Below, in pieces: positions 22,501 through 25,236 of a stretch of DNA of 25,236 bases. Source of the stretch: Chlorokybus atmophyticus (Eukaryota; Plantae; Mesostigma and Chlorokybus algae); the NCBI GenBank assembly GCA_009103225.1, contig RHPI01003011.1, forward strand, positions 41,055 through 66,290, in the 5' to 3' direction. Below the pieces are notes generated by a model, which saw only the letters and a list, made by a program, of their open reading frames with translations, did no database searches and was not told where the DNA came from. Position 1 is the stretch's first letter. Every line of letters begins with the position of its first letter. The position numbers were made by a program, and so were the translations under genes.

Positions 22501-23854
22501 GGGTGCTGCCAACTCACTTCCGCCACGTTGTCGGTCAAGACGCATGCTTCGAGCGTCAGTTTCCCTGTGCTATAGATGGCTCCCCCGTCAGCTAATTCCG
22601 CTCCGAATGCCGCGCCATAGTCATGCTGCAAGAAAACAAACACTGCTGAGGGTGGGATGGGCGATGGTTATGGCGCAGACGACCAATGCTGCTGTGGTTT
22701 TTACAGAAGGGCATGAGTATGTGTGAGTGGGTTGTGATGACTTCATGAAACGAGATCATGGAGGTGCAAGGCCAGGCAATCCAGTGCCAGTCACCCCTCC
22801 AGAGTTCATTGGCCGTGTGCAGGCGAGTTTCACTGGTACCACGCTTACCGCAGTGTTGTTGAGGAAGACGCAGGCTGTGAGCGTCAGCTCGCCAGAGTTT
22901 TTGATGGCACCGCCCTGGCCATGCGATACGTGGTGGCTTTTGAAGGTGCAATTGACAAATCTGGCTATGCCTCGGACAACCACTGCTGAGTAAGAACCCT
23001 GGTGATACAGAATCACACAAGCATCAGAAGGTACAGCCATGAACACTGCAACAGCCTGCTGTCAACCACACAGCTGTTAGAGTCTACACCCCTATGCGCA
23101 AGCACAGCACAGTCAGCTCATACGTAACCAACCAGCTCAAGCGCTGTAGGCTGGTTGGCGCTCAAGGTGGGGCATGCGTGCCGAGGTGCAACCCGAGAGA
23201 TTGAGTGGCATGCATGCAGACACCACACCACACACATCCAGACCGCACATATCAGGTCATCAGCCTACCTGGGCCCTTGCTGCGCCTAGCACGCTCACAT
23301 TGGACATCCGCAGGTCGCCCTTGCTGTCCACCAGGAGCATGACTCCTGGAAACCCCGACGGCCTCACCAGACTGGCTGCCACACCATGGCTTGCAGCCGT
23401 GATGGACAGGGTGCGGCTGACATTGAGCTGACTGGCCACATGGAGCGCACCGCTCACAACCACCTCGTCGACGGTCTCGTCTCGCACCGCATGGCTCAGC
23501 GCCTCAAACGTGTCGACCGACACTGAATGCACACGGGGGTGGTGGTGGTTAGGTGTTAGTCAGCAAGCCTTGCCCGCTAGTAGTGCAACTCAACGGCCTC
23601 ACAACAACGACATTGACAACGCGAAGAAAAGAGAGATCTAGAGCTTGCAAGCTCGCCGCAAGGCCATCCACTGCGTGAGCAAGAGCTGGGGTCTCTCTCC
23701 CTGTTTCCCTACCTGTCTTAGCGTGCGCCGTTGTCGCCAGCAGCAAGCAGCCAATGCATGCCTGCGTCACCAGCATTAGCAGCCGCAGCCGCAGCCGCCA
23801 GGAGGAGCATGTGGGCACAGGCCATCGCCGCCGCCTGGGTGGGGACAGGGACAT
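16251..23854 (-). CDS. Gene B: paralog of gene A with the same architecture, ~1509 aa
   Basis: Manual exon chain on the - strand, frame open throughout (4530 nt): 23854-23713, 23522-23269, 22998-22849, 22625-22518, 22310-22008, 21836-21765, 21673-21503, 21390-21199, 21084-20932, 20799-20725, 20542-20384, 20217-20110, 20012-19938, 19832-19794, 19724-19635, 19444-19352, 19251-19171, 19013-18771, 18698-18459, 18388-18292, 18215-18108, 17980-17019, 16865-16251; all introns GT-AG. Motifs: GGAIKN..FLNNTA, GGAIMA..FEHNRA, GGAIQN..FINNSA; CTLCP..CFGG..DGFW, GYTGNLCAVC; FFLWP..LFSC, CFQGAH, WGFYYMMY..LWD. Confidence 0.85.
19550..19577. repeat. (CA)n microsatellite in a gene B intron
   Basis: Directly visible inside intron 19634-19445. 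Confidence 0.9.
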
Positions 23855-25160
23855 GGCTGCTGCTGGCCCAGTGGGACGCCGTCACAGGTGGATTATGCAT
23901 GGTAGGGATGTGCACTTATCGTGTGCATGATCGATTAGAACTGCAGACGATATCTATACCGTATGTGCCCCATTCCACTCGCCCCTCTGCAGATATCGGG
24001 GGGAGAGGCTTTGTTATCACCTGTACTACAGTGCCCTCCGCTGTCCCCGCCGCGGGGGCCGCGCCCCTCATGAGTGCCTGCAGCCTGCGGCGATCGCGGC
24101 GCAAAGTACAAAGCTGTGTGGTTAGTATACCACCTTTTGCAGTTCGTTGGAGGGCAACCTTATGCAAGGTGGGGAATGCGATTAGAGTTAATCCCAATTG
24201 CGATCGCCGCGTCCCTGCTCAGCCAGTTCGCCGACCATGTCTCGTATCTCCGTCGACTGCTTTCGTCGGCGTCGGCGTGCCCGCTCACGTGAGCCAGCCT
24301 ACTGGCGACGCTAACTATTTTGAACGACGGTGACTATATTGAGATTTTTTTAACAACCGCCAATTGGCACCCGTGTAATATATACACATTCAATTAGGCA
24401 GGTGTTTGGGTTCACTATCAGTGTGCTTTGTCCAAATGTGTCCAACCATACTTTTTATACTTTGCACAAGGGTGTTGATCTTACGTCACTGTGATTAGTA
24501 AGTATGTTAATATAAATGAATTCGCAACAGCATTACGATCACATGCATGCTGTGCTATACCGTATGCATATATACTTAAATTAGCCTATACACATACATG
24601 CACAACGCTGCCTTCCCTTGCAGATTGGTCTATGTGTTGTATCTTGCACAGATTGGTCCATGTGTAAGATACAACACATCAACCATGTGTTGACTGGACC
24701 ATCGCATGTGTGGACTGCAATAGTCCAATGAATGTAAGTACAGTTGTAGGGCTGTAAGCTACGTTGTGCATGATCCAATATATACACGGTCGATACTTAT
24801 AGGTTGTGTGGCACGCTCGCACGCGCTCTTACAGCACACCTATAAAGCTATTAACGCAACTGTACAGTAAATACGGATGGGAATTCTCGAATGCATAATT
24901 TCAACACGGCACAATCATCCACCCGGCAAAGGCAAGTAAATTGCAAGATTTCTCAAACTTACACCATTACACATTTATCAAGCTATGCAATGCAAGTGTG
25001 CGAATGCAAGCATGTGCACACAACCTTAAACACAGCAAAGGCCAAAAGATTGCAATACATTACTCATACTTGCACCATCACACACACATATAACACAAAC
25101 ACTAGCATACATATATGCAAACAACAACTGCAGCTGCTGTCGACGGTGGAATGACCAGGA

Positions 25161-25236
25161 TTAGGGTTAGGGTTAGGGTTAGGGTTAGGGTTAGGGTTAG
25201 GGTTAGGGTTAGGGTTAGGGTTAGGGTTAGGGTTAG
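25161..25236 (+). repeat. Telomeric repeat (TTAGGG)n, chromosome end
   Basis: 12 perfect TTAGGG units plus TTAG running to the end of the window, with the G-rich strand 5'->3' toward the end. Confidence 0.97.

Overview
This window is the right-hand end of a chromosome from an intron-rich eukaryote (alga or protist; species not identifiable from sequence alone). It ends in a (TTAGGG)n telomere at 25161-25236. Manual splicing gives two long, apparently intact, convergent paralogous genes: gene A (+, 3102-10905, 28 exons, ~1530 aa) and gene B (-, 23854-16251, 23 exons, ~1510 aa). Both encode signal peptide - GGA(I/V)...FxxN beta-helix repeats (Chlamydial POMP/pectin-lyase-like) - Cys-rich region (GNLCAVC) - multi-pass membrane domain of about 9 hydrophobic segments. 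In both genes the repeat region is split almost entirely by phase-0 introns into one- or two-coil exons. Gene B starts only 1.3 kb from the telomere. The non-coding regions (1-2300, 11460-16000) hold a Tc2-like MITE and dense islands of hairpins, nested palindromes and motif arrays, probably non-autonomous transposon material. Most short ORFs in the track are antisense, intronic or repeat-derived. No rRNA, tRNA or CRISPR is supported. All exon calls are by eye, without RNA evidence.
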